DNA of 60,575 bases from an uncultured Alistipes sp. (GTDB lineage: Bacteria; Bacteroidota; Bacteroidia; Bacteroidales; Rikenellaceae): contig CAYOKU010000001.1 of the NCBI GenBank assembly GCA_964404645.1, positions 1-60,575 on the forward strand, given 5' to 3'. Below are positions 30,794-41,316 of this stretch, one piece after another (the first letter of the stretch is position 1; each line of letters starts with the position of its first letter). The notes under the pieces were generated by a model. The model ran no database searches, was not told where the DNA came from, and saw only the letters and a list, made by a program, of their open reading frames with translations. Both the position numbers and the translations under genes were made by a program.

Positions 30794-30824
30794 AATCAAA
30801 TGATTAACAATTAAAGAAAACGAT

Positions 30825-31535
30825 CTATTCTTCTCCTACAAATTCAACTACACAGCGACGATAGGCCGCCACAGGGTCAGTCGCAGCCGTAATCGGCCGT
30901 CCGACTACGATAAAATCCGAACCGATCTCACGAGCACGAGCCGGCGTGGTAACGCGCACCTGATCGGCCACCTCACCGTCGGCAAAACGCACGCCAGGGG
31001 TTATCGTCAGAAATTCGCGACCGCAGGCATCGTGCACCATACCTGCCTCTAACGGTGAGCAGACCACGCCATCCAATCCGGCCGCCTTCGTATTCTGCGC
31101 ATACTTGACGATTGTATCGTTGATCGACGCCCCGATCAGCAACTCCTGCTGCATGCGCTCCTCGCTGGTGGAGGTAAGTTGTGTCACGGCGATCAGCAGA
31201 GGACGCGTACCATCGGGACGAGTCAGCCCTTCGAGCGCATAGCGCATCATCTCGATCGTGCCGGCCGCATGGACGTTGCACATATCTACATCCAAGCGAG
31301 AAAGCACGGCCATCGCCTTTTTCACGGTATTGGGAATATCGTGCAGTTTCAGATCGAGGAAAATTTTATGACCGCGGCGTTTGATCTCGCGCACGATTTC
31401 TGGTCCTTCGGCATAAAAAAGTTCCATGCCGATCTTCAAAAAGGGTTTGCGCGACTCATCTTTAAACAGATCCAGAAAACGAAAAGTCTCCTCGGCCGAT
31501 TTAAAGTCGCAAGCTATAATCACATCGTGTTGCAT
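30825..31535 (-). CDS. pyrF: Orotidine-5'-phosphate decarboxylase
   Basis: [33 protein letters not shown]. Confidence 0.96.
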   Translation of the reverse strand: MQHDVIIACDFKSAEETFRFLDLFKDESRKPFLKIGMELFYAEGPEIVREIKRRGHKIFLDLKLHDIPNTVKKAMAVLSRLDVDMCNVHAAGTIEMMRYALEGLTRPDGTRPLLIAVTQLTSTSEERMQQELLIGASINDTIVKYAQNTKAAGLDGVVCSPLEAGMVHDACGREFLTITPGVRFADGEVADQVRVTTPARAREIGSDFIVVGRPITAATDPVAAYRRCVVEFVGEE

Positions 31536-31541
31536 ACTCTC

Positions 31542-32453
31542 TTATTTTACAATTCCTATAATATCACTCAATTTTTCGATCCCCAACCGTTGCATTTCGA
31601 CAGGCAACGCCTCGATAATCTCTTTGCAAGCATACGGATTAACCAGATTGGCCGCACCGACCTGCACGGCCGTAGCTCCGGCCATCATCATCTCGATCAC
31701 ATCGCGTGCCGTTTCAACGCCACCGCACCCCATCACGGGAATGTGGCATGTCTGTGCCACTTGGTAGACCATACGCACAGCCACCGGAAAAATTGCCGCA
31801 CCCGAAAATCCGCCCATCGTATTGGCGATGACCGGACGGCGGCGCGCCACGTCAATACGCATACCCAGCATCGTATTTATCAAGCAGATGCCGTCTGCTC
31901 CGGCCTCTTCGCACGCCTTGGCGATCGCCACGATGTCGGTGACGTTGGGCGAGAGTTTGATAAACACGGGTTTCGTGGTCACGGCTTTCACAGCACGTGT
32001 CACTTCGGCAGCCGCTTCGGGCGAGGTGCCGAACGACATGCCGCCATGGCGCACGTTGGGGCACGACACATTGACTTCGATCCACCCCACCTGCTCCTCG
32101 CGGTCGATCCGCTCGCAGCAATAGGCATACTCCTCGATCGAGAAACCCGAAATATTGGCAATCGCTGGCTTGTGAAAATAGGTCTTCATCCGTGGTAACT
32201 CCTCGGCAATCACGCGCTCAATGCCGGGGTTTTGCAGCCCCACGGCATTAATCATGCCCGACCGGCACTCGGCAATGCGCGGTGTCGGATTTCCGAAACG
32301 CGCCTCGCGTGTAGTGCCCTTCATTGAGAATGAACCGAGGATATTGATGTCGTAAAAATCCTTGAATTCGTTACCAAAACCAAAAGTACCGCTGGCCGGA
32401 ATCACCGGATTATCCAGCCGCACACCACACAACAGAACCGAAGTATCTACCAT
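31542..32453 (-). CDS. pyrD: Dihydroorotate dehydrogenase class 1B, catalytic subunit
   Basis: ASGTFGFG, NAVGLQNPG, NVSCPNV, KLSPNVTD. Confidence 0.94.
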   Translation of the reverse strand: MVDTSVLLCGVRLDNPVIPASGTFGFGNEFKDFYDINILGSFSMKGTTREARFGNPTPRIAECRSGMINAVGLQNPGIERVIAEELPRMKTYFHKPAIANISGFSIEEYAYCCERIDREEQVGWIEVNVSCPNVRHGGMSFGTSPEAAAEVTRAVKAVTTKPVFIKLSPNVTDIVAIAKACEEAGADGICLINTMLGMRIDVARRRPVIANTMGGFSGAAIFPVAVRMVYQVAQTCHIPVMGCGGVETARDVIEMMMAGATAVQVGAANLVNPYACKEIIEALPVEMQRLGIEKLSDIIGIVK

Positions 32454-33187
32454 ATAATCTCTCCTTTCTCCAGGACGGGACCCTCTTTGCAGATGCGCTT
32501 ACTCCCGTATTTGGTCTGGCATGAGCAGCCCATACAGGCACCGAAACCGCACCCCATGCGCTCCTCAAACGAGAGTTGCCCCTCTTCGGGCACTGCATCG
32601 TACAGCGCACGCAGCATCGGCATCGGGCCGCACGCATAGTAATAGTCACACGCGATCGACTGTTCGGCAATCGCCGTGGTGACGAATCCGTGTACACCCA
32701 GCGACCCATCGGCCGTAGCCACCGTCACAGAGCAACCCAACGCGCGAAACTCCTCGGCATAGAACACCTCGGCCGCGCTATTGAACCCCAGCACCACCTG
32801 CACCGTGCGTCCGGCTGCAAGCAACCGTTTGGCCAATCCGTAGAGCGGCGGTACACCTACCCCACCACCGACTAAAAGCGGGCGGCAAACGGCGTCCGTC
32901 CACGAAAACCCGTTACCAAGCCCCGTCAGTAGATCCAACCGTTCACCGGCACACATGCAGCTCATCTGCGCCGTACCTTCGCCCACTACCTTATAGATCA
33001 GCGTGATCGAATGCTCATCCCAGTCACAGACCGAGATCGGCCGACGCAGGAACTTGCCTTCGAGGGCGATATTGACAAATTGCCCGGGGGCGGTGATCCA
33101 CTCCGTGTCGCCTTCGAGCCGCATGCGCCACACCGTGTCGGTCAGCGGCTCGTTGATTGCGATCGTATATATTCCTTGTTTATACAT
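32447..33187 (-). CDS. pyrK: Dihydroorotate dehydrogenase electron-transfer subunit
   Basis: LRRPISV, GGGVGVPP, MGCGFGACMGC...CKEGPV (2Fe-2S). Confidence 0.93.
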   Translation of the reverse strand: MYKQGIYTIAINEPLTDTVWRMRLEGDTEWITAPGQFVNIALEGKFLRRPISVCDWDEHSITLIYKVVGEGTAQMSCMCAGERLDLLTGLGNGFSWTDAVCRPLLVGGGVGVPPLYGLAKRLLAAGRTVQVVLGFNSAAEVFYAEEFRALGCSVTVATADGSLGVHGFVTTAIAEQSIACDYYYACGPMPMLRALYDAVPEEGQLSFEERMGCGFGACMGCSCQTKYGSKRICKEGPVLEKGEIIW

Positions 33188-36100
33188 TATTTGGCATCAA
33201 TGGTTGATACACGCAGGGTGATCTCCTCCAACACATCCAACAGCACCTTGACCGTTTCGAGAGCCGTGAAGACCGTCACGTTGTTCTCGACCGCCGTGCG
33301 GCGAATTTCATAACCATCAAGTCGGGTATTGTGTTGGTTGATGTCGATCGTATTGATGACATAGCTGACATGTCCCTGACGCAAGGCTTCGATGATTTCG
33401 TTGCTGCCCTCGTTGAGTTTGCGACGGGTGCGAGTACGGATGCCGTGTTCGCGCAGAAACTCGGCCGTACCGGTCGTGGCTTCGATGTTGAAGCCCAGAT
33501 CGTAGAAACGGCGGATTTGCGGCAAAGCCTGTTTTTTATCATCATCGGCAATGGTGACGAAAATTGTCCCATAATTCGACACATTCATCCCCGTGGCCTG
33601 CAACGCTTTGTAGAGTGCGCGTGTCAGTTTATCATCGTATCCGATCGCCTCACCCGTCGATTTCATCTCAGGCGAGAGGTAGGAGTCCATGCCGCGAATC
33701 TTGGCGAACGAGAACGCGGGAGCTTTCACATACCAACGCTCCTTCTCTTTGCCGTAGACCTCCGTGATGCCCTGCTCACGCAACGTTTTGCCCAGAATGA
33801 CCTGCGTGGCGATATGCGCCATCTGTACGCCGGTCGATTTCGAGAGAAACGGCACGGTACGCGATGAACGGGGATTGACCTCAATCACATAGACATCATC
33901 ATTGCCGTCCAAAATGAACTGGATGTTATAGAGGCCGATGATGCCGATCCGCAGACCCAGCCGCACCGTATAGTCAATAATCTTATCTTTGGCCGCCTGA
34001 CTGACGCTGAATGTCGGGTAGACACTGATCGAGTCTCCCGAATGGATACCCGTGCGCTCAACATGCTCCATAATACCGGGGATGAAGACATCCTTACCGT
34101 CGCAAATGGCATCTACCTCCAACTCCTTACCCATGATGTAACGATCGACCAGCACCGGCGAGTCATCGTTGACCTCCACCGCATTTTGGAGGTAGTAGCG
34201 CAGCCGTTCTTCGTTCGACACAATCTGCATCGCACGGCCACCGAGCACATAACTCGGACGCACCAACACCGGATAGCCGATGCGCGCCGCGGCGCGAACA
34301 CCCGACTCAATATCGGTCACCGCCTCGGCTTCGGGTTGCGGAATGCCCAACTCCTCCATAATCTTCTCGAAACAGCCGCGATCCTCGGCATTCTTGATCG
34401 CCTGACAATCCGTGCCGATAATGGGCACGCCCAGTTCGGCCAGCGGTTCGGCCAGATTGATCGCCGTCTGTCCGCCCAGCGACACGACGATCGCCTTCGG
34501 GTTTTCGAGGTGGATGACGTTCATCACGTCTTCGACCGTCAGCGGCTCGAAATAGAGTTTGTCGCTGGTGGTGTAGTCCGTCGAAACGGTTTCGGGGTTG
34601 TTGTTGATGATGATTGCCTCGTAACCGGCTTTGCGGATCGACCAGATCGCATGCACGGTCGAGTAGTCGAATTCGACACCCTGACCGATGCGGATCGGGC
34701 CCGAACCTAACACAACGATCTTCTCCTTGGCGCTGACCACCGATTCGTTCTCCTGCTCGTAAGTCGAGTAGAAATAGGGCACGTAGGAGGAAAATTCACT
34801 GGCGCAGGTGTCGATCATCTTGTAGACGGGATAGATGCCGTACTGCTCGCGCAGGCGGTACATCTCGTGCTCATTCATGCCCCATAACTGGCCGATGTAT
34901 TTGTCGCTGAAGCCCATACGCTTGGCATCGCGCAGGGTTTCGAGATCACGAGGCGAGGCCTTGACGGTCTGCTCAAATTCGACGATGTTCTTGAATTTTT
35001 CGAGGAAAAACATGTCGATCTTCGTGCGGTTGTAGATCAGCACGAGGTCGATGCCGTTGCGGATAAGTTGCGCAATGGCGTACAAGCGGTCGTCCGTACC
35101 GTCTTGGATATAGGTCAGCAGGTCGTCGTTCGACCAGCCGTTGAATTTCTTGTGATAGATGTGGCAAACGCCGGTTTCGAGCGAGCGCACCGCTTTCAGC
35201 AACGACTCCTCCATCGTGCGCCCCACCGACATCACCTCACCCGTGGCCTTCATCTGCGTGCCCAGCTTGTTCGAGGCATCGGAGAATTTATCGAACGGGA
35301 AGCGTGCGATCTTGGTCACCACATAGTCCAAGGTAGGTTCGAACGAGGCCGGGGTATTGGCGATGCGGATTTCATCGAGAGTCAACCCCACAGCGATCTT
35401 GGCACTCACTCGCGCAATCGGATAACCCGAAGCCTTCGAAGCCAACGCCGACGAGCGCGACACACGAGGATTGACCTCGATCAGGTAGTATTTGAACGAG
35501 AGCGGATCGAGTGCGAACTGCACGTTGCAACCCCCTTCGATCTTCAAGGCACGGATGATCTTCAAGGCCGAGTCGCGTAACATCTGGTACTCACGGTTGG
35601 TGAGCGTCTGGCTCGGTGCTACCACAATCGAATCGCCCGTATGAATACCCACCGGGTCGATATTCTCCATATTGCAGATAGCGATCGCCGTATCGTTCTT
35701 GTCACGGATCACCTCATATTCGATCTCCTTGTAGCCCTTGATGCTCTTCTCGATCAGCACCTGATGCACGGGCGAGAGGAACAGCGCGTTGCGCATCATT
35801 TCGCGCAATTCGGCTTCATCATCGGCAAAACCACCGCCCGTACCGCCCAGCGTGAAGGCCGGACGCAGCACCACGGGATAGCCGATCTGTTCGGCCACGC
35901 CAACCGCCTCTTCGATCGTCATGGCAATATGCGACGGCAGCACCGGTTCGCCCAGCCCCTCGCACAACTCTTTGAAGAGTTCGCGATCTTCGGCGCGCTC
36001 GATCGACTCAAAGGTCGTACCGAGAATCTCCACCTGACACTCGTCGAGAATGCCTTTTTTGGCCAACTGCACCGCCAGATTCAGACCTGTCTGACCGCCC

Positions 36101-36369
36101 AATCCGGGGACAATGGCATCGGGACGTTCGTAGCGGATGATCTTGGCCACATACTCCAACGTTAGCGGCTCCATGTAGACCTTGTCGGCAATATGCGTAT
36201 CGGTCATGATGGTCGCCGGGTTCGAGTTGACAAGCACCACCTCATAGCCCTCCTCTTTGAGTGCCATGCAGGCCTGTGTTCCGGCATAATCGAATTCGGC
36301 AGCCTGACCAATCACGATCGGGCCCGACCCGATCACCATTACTTTGCTAATATCTTTTCTCTTAGGCAT
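33187..36369 (-). CDS. carB: Carbamoyl-phosphate synthase large subunit
   Basis: [15 protein letters not shown], duplicated ATP-grasp halves, IEVNPR twice. Confidence 0.97.
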   Translation of the reverse strand: MPKRKDISKVMVIGSGPIVIGQAAEFDYAGTQACMALKEEGYEVVLVNSNPATIMTDTHIADKVYMEPLTLEYVAKIIRYERPDAIVPGLGGQTGLNLAVQLAKKGILDECQVEILGTTFESIERAEDRELFKELCEGLGEPVLPSHIAMTIEEAVGVAEQIGYPVVLRPAFTLGGTGGGFADDEAELREMMRNALFLSPVHQVLIEKSIKGYKEIEYEVIRDKNDTAIAICNMENIDPVGIHTGDSIVVAPSQTLTNREYQMLRDSALKIIRALKIEGGCNVQFALDPLSFKYYLIEVNPRVSRSSALASKASGYPIARVSAKIAVGLTLDEIRIANTPASFEPTLDYVVTKIARFPFDKFSDASNKLGTQMKATGEVMSVGRTMEESLLKAVRSLETGVCHIYHKKFNGWSNDDLLTYIQDGTDDRLYAIAQLIRNGIDLVLIYNRTKIDMFFLEKFKNIVEFEQTVKASPRDLETLRDAKRMGFSDKYIGQLWGMNEHEMYRLREQYGIYPVYKMIDTCASEFSSYVPYFYSTYEQENESVVSAKEKIVVLGSGPIRIGQGVEFDYSTVHAIWSIRKAGYEAIIINNNPETVSTDYTTSDKLYFEPLTVEDVMNVIHLENPKAIVVSLGGQTAINLAEPLAELGVPIIGTDCQAIKNAEDRGCFEKIMEELGIPQPEAEAVTDIESGVRAAARIGYPVLVRPSYVLGGRAMQIVSNEERLRYYLQNAVEVNDDSPVLVDRYIMGKELEVDAICDGKDVFIPGIMEHVERTGIHSGDSISVYPTFSVSQAAKDKIIDYTVRLGLRIGIIGLYNIQFILDGNDDVYVIEVNPRSSRTVPFLSKSTGVQMAHIATQVILGKTLREQGITEVYGKEKERWYVKAPAFSFAKIRGMDSYLSPEMKSTGEAIGYDDKLTRALYKALQATGMNVSNYGTIFVTIADDDKKQALPQIRRFYDLGFNIEATTGTAEFLREHGIRTRTRRKLNEGSNEIIEALRQGHVSYVINTIDINQHNTRLDGYEIRRTAVENNVTVFTALETVKVLLDVLEEITLRVSTIDAK

Positions 36370-37453
36370 TTTTGTGGTCCTCCATCATTTTAATAAACTT
36401 ATCGAACAATCCGGTACTATCCTGCGGGCCGGGGGCACTTTCGGGGTGATACTGTACCGAGAAGAGCTTCTCTTCGGGGCACTCCACTCCTTCGGCCGTA
36501 TTATCGAGCAGATTGATATGCGTAAGTTGCAACGGGGTGTTTTTCAACGATTCGACATCCACCGCAAAACTGTGGTTCTGACTCGTGATCTCGATCTTTC
36601 CCGTAGCCAAGCACTTCACGGGGTGATTTCCTCCGCGGTGACCGAACTTCATCTTGAAGGTCTTGGCTCCATAAGCCAAGCAGATCATTTGGTGTCCCAT
36701 ACAGATACCGAAGATGGGCAGTTTGCCCTTCAATGCACGCACCTTCTCGATCACCGGATTGACATCAATCGGGTCACCGGGGCCATTCGACAAGAAGATG
36801 CCATCGGGACGAAACGCCAAGATTTCCTCGACCGTGGCATCAAACGGAACCACCGTCACGTTGCAACCGCGTTCGTTCAGACAGCGGATGATGTTGTATT
36901 TGATGCCGCAATCAATTGCCACCACATCGAAACGGTGGTTGGGTGTGCGCGAAAACCAACGTTTGCTGCAACTTACGCGCGCGACCATATCATGCGGCAG
37001 TTCATATTCGCGAATCTTACGCAGAGCCTCATCAAGAGGGGTCGAGGGGTCGGTAATCAACACCTTTTGGCTACCTTCATCACGAATAATGCGAGTCAAC
37101 ATGCGGGTATCAATTCCCGAAATAGCCGGAATATCTAACTCCTCAAAAACTTCATTCAACGTGCGTGTATAGCGAAAATTCGACGGTGTGTCGTTGTATT
37201 CGCGCACGATCATGCCGCCGATGGTCGGAAACTTGGTTTCGTAATCCTCTTCGGCTGTTCCATAATTACCGATCAGCGGGTAGGTCATCACCACCATTTG
37301 GTCGGTGTACGACGGGTCGGAGATAATCTCCTGGTAACCCACCATGGAGGTGTTGAAGACAATCTCGTTGATCGCCTCTCGGTCAACTCCGAAACCGTAG
37401 CCGTAAAACTCGCGGCCGTTTTCGAGAACAATTTTCTTTGTGTAGGGTTTCAT
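36362..37453 (-). CDS. carA: Carbamoyl-phosphate synthase small subunit
   Basis: [29 protein letters not shown]. Confidence 0.97.
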   Translation of the reverse strand: MKPYTKKIVLENGREFYGYGFGVDREAINEIVFNTSMVGYQEIISDPSYTDQMVVMTYPLIGNYGTAEEDYETKFPTIGGMIVREYNDTPSNFRYTRTLNEVFEELDIPAISGIDTRMLTRIIRDEGSQKVLITDPSTPLDEALRKIREYELPHDMVARVSCSKRWFSRTPNHRFDVVAIDCGIKYNIIRCLNERGCNVTVVPFDATVEEILAFRPDGIFLSNGPGDPIDVNPVIEKVRALKGKLPIFGICMGHQMICLAYGAKTFKMKFGHRGGNHPVKCLATGKIEITSQNHSFAVDVESLKNTPLQLTHINLLDNTAEGVECPEEKLFSVQYHPESAPGPQDSTGLFDKFIKMMEDHKNA

Positions 37454-37456
37454 TCC

Positions 37457-38734
37457 TTATTTGATAATATTCGAATTATTTTCTTGGTAAGCCACCTCGC
37501 CGCCGACCACTGTCAGCACGGCTCGCCCTTGCACGCGCCACTTCGAAAAGGGGGTTGCCGTCCCTTTCGAGAAAAACTCGCCGGGGTCGAGCATGTATTC
37601 GGTATCAAGATCAAGCACCGTGAAGTCGGCAGCATCGCCCACCGCCACGCCCCCTTCCAACCGGAATATCCGGCGAGGATTGATCGCCATCAGTTCAATA
37701 AGTTTTTCGAGCGAAAGCAGACCTCGCAACACCATATATTTGTAGAGCACCGGAAAAGCACACTCCAAACCCACGACCCCCATCGCGCTTCCGGCCAAGC
37801 CGCGCGCCTTCTCCTCGGCCGTATGCGGAGCGTGGTCGGTAGCGATCACCTCGATCGTCCCATCCTGCACACCGGCAATCAGAGCCGCCCGATCCTCGCG
37901 CGTACGCAACGGCGGATTCATCTTAAAACGGCCATTCTCCTGCAAATCTTCATCGGTAAGCAGCAGGTAGTGCGGAGCCGTTTCGCAAGTGACCTGCAAA
38001 CCTCGGACTTTGGCTCGCCGCACCAACTCAACACTCTCTTTGGTCGATACATGGCAGACGTGATACCGACATCCGGCCGTAGCTGCCAATTCAATATCAC
38101 GCGCCACCTGCAACCATTCACTCTCCGAGCAGATGCCCCGATGGCCATTGACACGGCAGTAGGTTCCATCGTGAATATAACCACCATGCAACAGATCATC
38201 CACCTCACAATGAGCCACAATCGGTCGATCGACCGCTGCGGCACGGCGCATGGCCTCCGCCATCAGCTCCGCCGACTGCACACCGCGCCCATCGTCCGAA
38301 AAACCAACAACATCGGCAGCCAACGCCTCGAAATCGACCAATTCGCCACAACCCCGTTGGCCGCGCGTAATACATCCATAGGGTTTCACACGCACGCACG
38401 CATCGCGTCTGATCAGATCAAGTTGCAGGCCCAAGGTTTCAGGGGCATCGGGAGCCGGATTCAAATTGGGCATCGAACAGACCGTCGTATAGCCGCCATG
38501 AGCAGCCGCGGCCGTACCCGTTGCTATAGTTTCTTTCTGCGAAAAACCGGGTTCGCGCAGATGCACGTGCACATCCACCAAACCGGGTATAACATGACGA
38601 CCTCCCAGATCCACAATCCGGTCGTCTTGGCGCGGGGCATCGAATGTTACGATCCGGCCTTGGTCAACGACCAGCTCTCCGGAGGCAAAACAGCCGTCAC
38701 GATAGATCAACGCATGGGTATAAACAGTTCTCAT
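37457..38734 (-). CDS. pyrC: Dihydroorotase (type I)
   Basis: DVHVHLREPG, MPNL, KMNPPLR, ATDHAPH; start set at MRTV (38734) because the longer frame runs through the leader terminator. Confidence 0.92.
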   Translation of the reverse strand: MRTVYTHALIYRDGCFASGELVVDQGRIVTFDAPRQDDRIVDLGGRHVIPGLVDVHVHLREPGFSQKETIATGTAAAAHGGYTTVCSMPNLNPAPDAPETLGLQLDLIRRDACVRVKPYGCITRGQRGCGELVDFEALAADVVGFSDDGRGVQSAELMAEAMRRAAAVDRPIVAHCEVDDLLHGGYIHDGTYCRVNGHRGICSESEWLQVARDIELAATAGCRYHVCHVSTKESVELVRRAKVRGLQVTCETAPHYLLLTDEDLQENGRFKMNPPLRTREDRAALIAGVQDGTIEVIATDHAPHTAEEKARGLAGSAMGVVGLECAFPVLYKYMVLRGLLSLEKLIELMAINPRRIFRLEGGVAVGDAADFTVLDLDTEYMLDPGEFFSKGTATPFSKWRVQGRAVLTVVGGEVAYQENNSNIIK

Positions 38735-38748
38735 TCTCCGCCGAACAT

Positions 38749-38780
38749 AAAAAAATAGGGCAACTGAAACAGCTACCCTA
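38749..38780 (-). terminator. Intrinsic terminator in the pyrC leader (attenuator)
   Basis: TAGGGTAGCTG-TTT-CAGTTGCCCTA then TTTTTTT, ending about 15 nt before the pyrC ATG. Confidence 0.75.
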
Positions 38781-38880
38781 ATAAAACAATAATACCAAAA
38801 TCCGCCGAGGAGAGAGAACCCGACCAATAATCCTGCTGCCAGAATACTTGCGCCACTGATATGTTCGGGTTACAATTCAT
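38773..38880 (-). CDS. Putative 35-aa pyr leader peptide
   Basis: Manual translation MNCNPNISVAQVFWQQDYWSGSLSSADFGIIVLLG*; the TAG lies in the 5' arm of the terminator. Confidence 0.6.
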   Translation of the reverse strand: MNCNPNISVAQVFWQQDYWSGSLSSADFGIIVLLG

Positions 38881-38909
38881 AGGGATTTTCGATACGCTAT
38901 AATTGTGCG

Positions 38910-38917
38910 CAAAGATA
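38910..38917 (-). promoter_or_regulatory. Sigma-A -7 element for the pyr operon
   Basis: TATCTTTG, 30 nt upstream of the leader ATG. Confidence 0.65.
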
Positions 38918-39028
38918 GAGGTTTTTCACCGATCCGGCAAGTAATTTACCGAAAAAACTTTTCAACAGACAACGAACAACCGCTCCAATGCTGCAATCCC
39001 CGATTTCAAAATCGGCGCAATACTCCGA

Positions 39029-39808
39029 TCAGATGCTCTTTACGACCACCAGATCCACCCCCGCCGCCTCGATGATCTTAACCATCTGCGACGGAATACC
39101 ATCATCGGTCACAATGACATCAATATCCTCCAATGCACAGATACGCCCGAAACCGCGCTGTCCGAACTTCGACGAATCAGCTAAAACGATCGTTTGCGAT
39201 GCCGATTCCATCATCCGGCGAGTCAGCTTAGCCTCTTCGATGGTCGAGGTGGTGATGCCGTGTTCGAGATCAATTCCATCGACGCCGAAGAAGACCTTCG
39301 AGCAGATGCAATCATCCAGCGCATGCGCAGCCTCCTCGCCCAATACCGAGAGCGATTTTTTGTGTACCGTACCGCCCAACTGCACCACATCTACCTGCTC
39401 CGCCTCATTGAGCAACACGCCCAAGCGCAAAAACGGCGTAACGATATTCAGATGATGCCACGTGCGCATGCGAATCTCCTCGGCAAAAGCGTAGATCGTT
39501 GAGCCGGAGGCTACGATGATCGAATCGGTATCTCCCAGCATCTCAACGGCTCGCTGCGCAATACTTCGCTTCGAATCGCGGTTGATATTATCCTTGACAT
39601 GCACATCGAGATCGGCCACATGGGGATTTGCCGGACGTGCGCTGCCGTGCACCTTGTAGAGCAGGCCTTTACTTTCGAGAATCTTAACATCTTTACGGAT
39701 TGTCACTTTGGTGACACCCAATTCGTTGGCTACATCCGTAATACGGACAAATCCGTATTTACTGAGGTTATCGAGGATGTATTTGTGCCGTTCGGCAATG
39801 CTGAGCAT
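39029..39808 (-). CDS. DeoR/GlpR/AgaR family transcriptional regulator
   Basis: GVTKVTIRKD..LYKVHGSA helix-turn-helix; LADSSKFG; own TACTTTTG at 39831-39838. Confidence 0.93.
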   Translation of the reverse strand: MLSIAERHKYILDNLSKYGFVRITDVANELGVTKVTIRKDVKILESKGLLYKVHGSARPANPHVADLDVHVKDNINRDSKRSIAQRAVEMLGDTDSIIVASGSTIYAFAEEIRMRTWHHLNIVTPFLRLGVLLNEAEQVDVVQLGGTVHKKSLSVLGEEAAHALDDCICSKVFFGVDGIDLEHGITTSTIEEAKLTRRMMESASQTIVLADSSKFGQRGFGRICALEDIDVIVTDDGIPSQMVKIIEAAGVDLVVVKSI

Positions 39809-39918
39809 ATCTTGCTGGTTTTTAGTTAAACAAAAGTACTTCTTTTTTTCTTATTTCCAAAAAAAGGGTCTATTCGCCCAGCGAATACGACCCTCTCTAT
39901 TTCGAAAAAGCAAGTTGC

Positions 39919-41277
39919 CTACTCCTCGCGGATTTCGTAGCCGTTGGCACGCGCACCCCACATCAAAAGGAAGACCACCATACCGACTAACGACAAACCA
40001 ACGATACCCACATAGGCCCAGTTCCAACCGTAATGCTGCGCCACATATCCCAATCCGACACCCGACACCAACGTCGAGGCGTAACCAAACAGACCGGTCA
40101 ACCCATTGGCCGTTGCAGCAGCACTCTTCGTTGCTTGATTGGCGGCCGCAATGCCGATCAACGCCTGTGGCCCATAAATACAGAATCCGGCCAGACAAAG
40201 CATCGTCAACAAAAGCCACAGCGGCGCATCCGATGGAAGTTGCCAGAAGAGATAGACAAACAATGCCGCTCCGCCCATGCAGAAGACACAAGTGCGATGA
40301 GCTCGACCTTTGAGCCACTTGTCGGTAGCCCAGCCGGCGAACAACATGCCGAGAATGCCGGCAATCTCAAACATCGCCACGAGCCAACCAGCATGCGACA
40401 TACTAACCCCCTTGGACTGACTAAGCAACGAAGGCCCCCAATCCAACACCGAGAACCGAACAATATAGACAAAGAAGTTGGCAAAGCCCAGAATCCAGAT
40501 CAGCGGATTACCAAAAACATGCTTCATAAGAAATGCACGATGCTCCTTACTCTTCGTCTCAGGTTTCTCGATATCTTCGGTGGCAGTCCCCTCCAACTCG
40601 GGCAAACCGACCGATGTAGGGGTATCACGCAGGAAGATCACCAATCCGATCGCTCCGGCCATTGAGATGGCCGACGGAATCCAGAAACACCACTTCCACG
40701 CACCGACATGGTCGGGTCCCGACCCCATCGTCCCCATGATATACCCGCAAAGGATAATTACCAAACCCGCACCGATCGAGTGCGAAGTATTCCATACCGA
40801 CATCTTCGTCGCCAACTCCGTGGGCGGAATCCAATGGGTCAGCAGTCGTGCACAAGGAGGAAAACCAGTTCCCTGCAACAGACCGTTAATCACCCACATG
40901 ATACCCATGAAGAGAATCATCGTATTGGTGAATTGATCGCCTGTGCGCTGCCCCGTAATCCAATACGAGACATCCTCGCCGAATCCGAAGGCAAAATTAG
41001 CCAGCGCACACAACGCCAATCCGATAGCCATATACCAACGGGCATTCATCCGATCGGCCAAAATACCATTGGCGAAGCGCGAAAAGCCGTAGATCAGACC
41101 ATTGAGCGTCAAAAAAATACCAAGACTCGTCTTCGAGATACCGAGGTCGGCCTCCAAACCGGGCATGGCCAGCGAGAAGTTTTTACGGACAAAATAGAAA
41201 AGCGCGTAACCGATCATCGTAGCGACAATCGTGCGTATCTGCCAGTATTTAAAGCGTTTTGCTTGTTCGGGAGTCAT
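39919..41277 (-). CDS. OPA-family MFS organophosphate:Pi antiporter (GlpT/UhpT-like)
   Basis: GYALFYFVRKNFS, QGTGFPP, WNTSHSIG, YIVRFSVLDW, IYGPQAL. Confidence 0.9.
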   Translation of the reverse strand: MTPEQAKRFKYWQIRTIVATMIGYALFYFVRKNFSLAMPGLEADLGISKTSLGIFLTLNGLIYGFSRFANGILADRMNARWYMAIGLALCALANFAFGFGEDVSYWITGQRTGDQFTNTMILFMGIMWVINGLLQGTGFPPCARLLTHWIPPTELATKMSVWNTSHSIGAGLVIILCGYIMGTMGSGPDHVGAWKWCFWIPSAISMAGAIGLVIFLRDTPTSVGLPELEGTATEDIEKPETKSKEHRAFLMKHVFGNPLIWILGFANFFVYIVRFSVLDWGPSLLSQSKGVSMSHAGWLVAMFEIAGILGMLFAGWATDKWLKGRAHRTCVFCMGGAALFVYLFWQLPSDAPLWLLLTMLCLAGFCIYGPQALIGIAAANQATKSAAATANGLTGLFGYASTLVSGVGLGYVAQHYGWNWAYVGIVGLSLVGMVVFLLMWGARANGYEIREE

Positions 41278-41316
41278 TTCGTTATGAAAGTTTTAAGGTT
41301 TCGATTGGCAAATGTA

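Noticed and set aside
38735-38827. Hydrophobic N-terminal extension of PyrC in the ORF track
   Set aside because: It starts at a non-ATG codon and reads through the terminator; dihydroorotase-like sequence begins at MRTV (38734)
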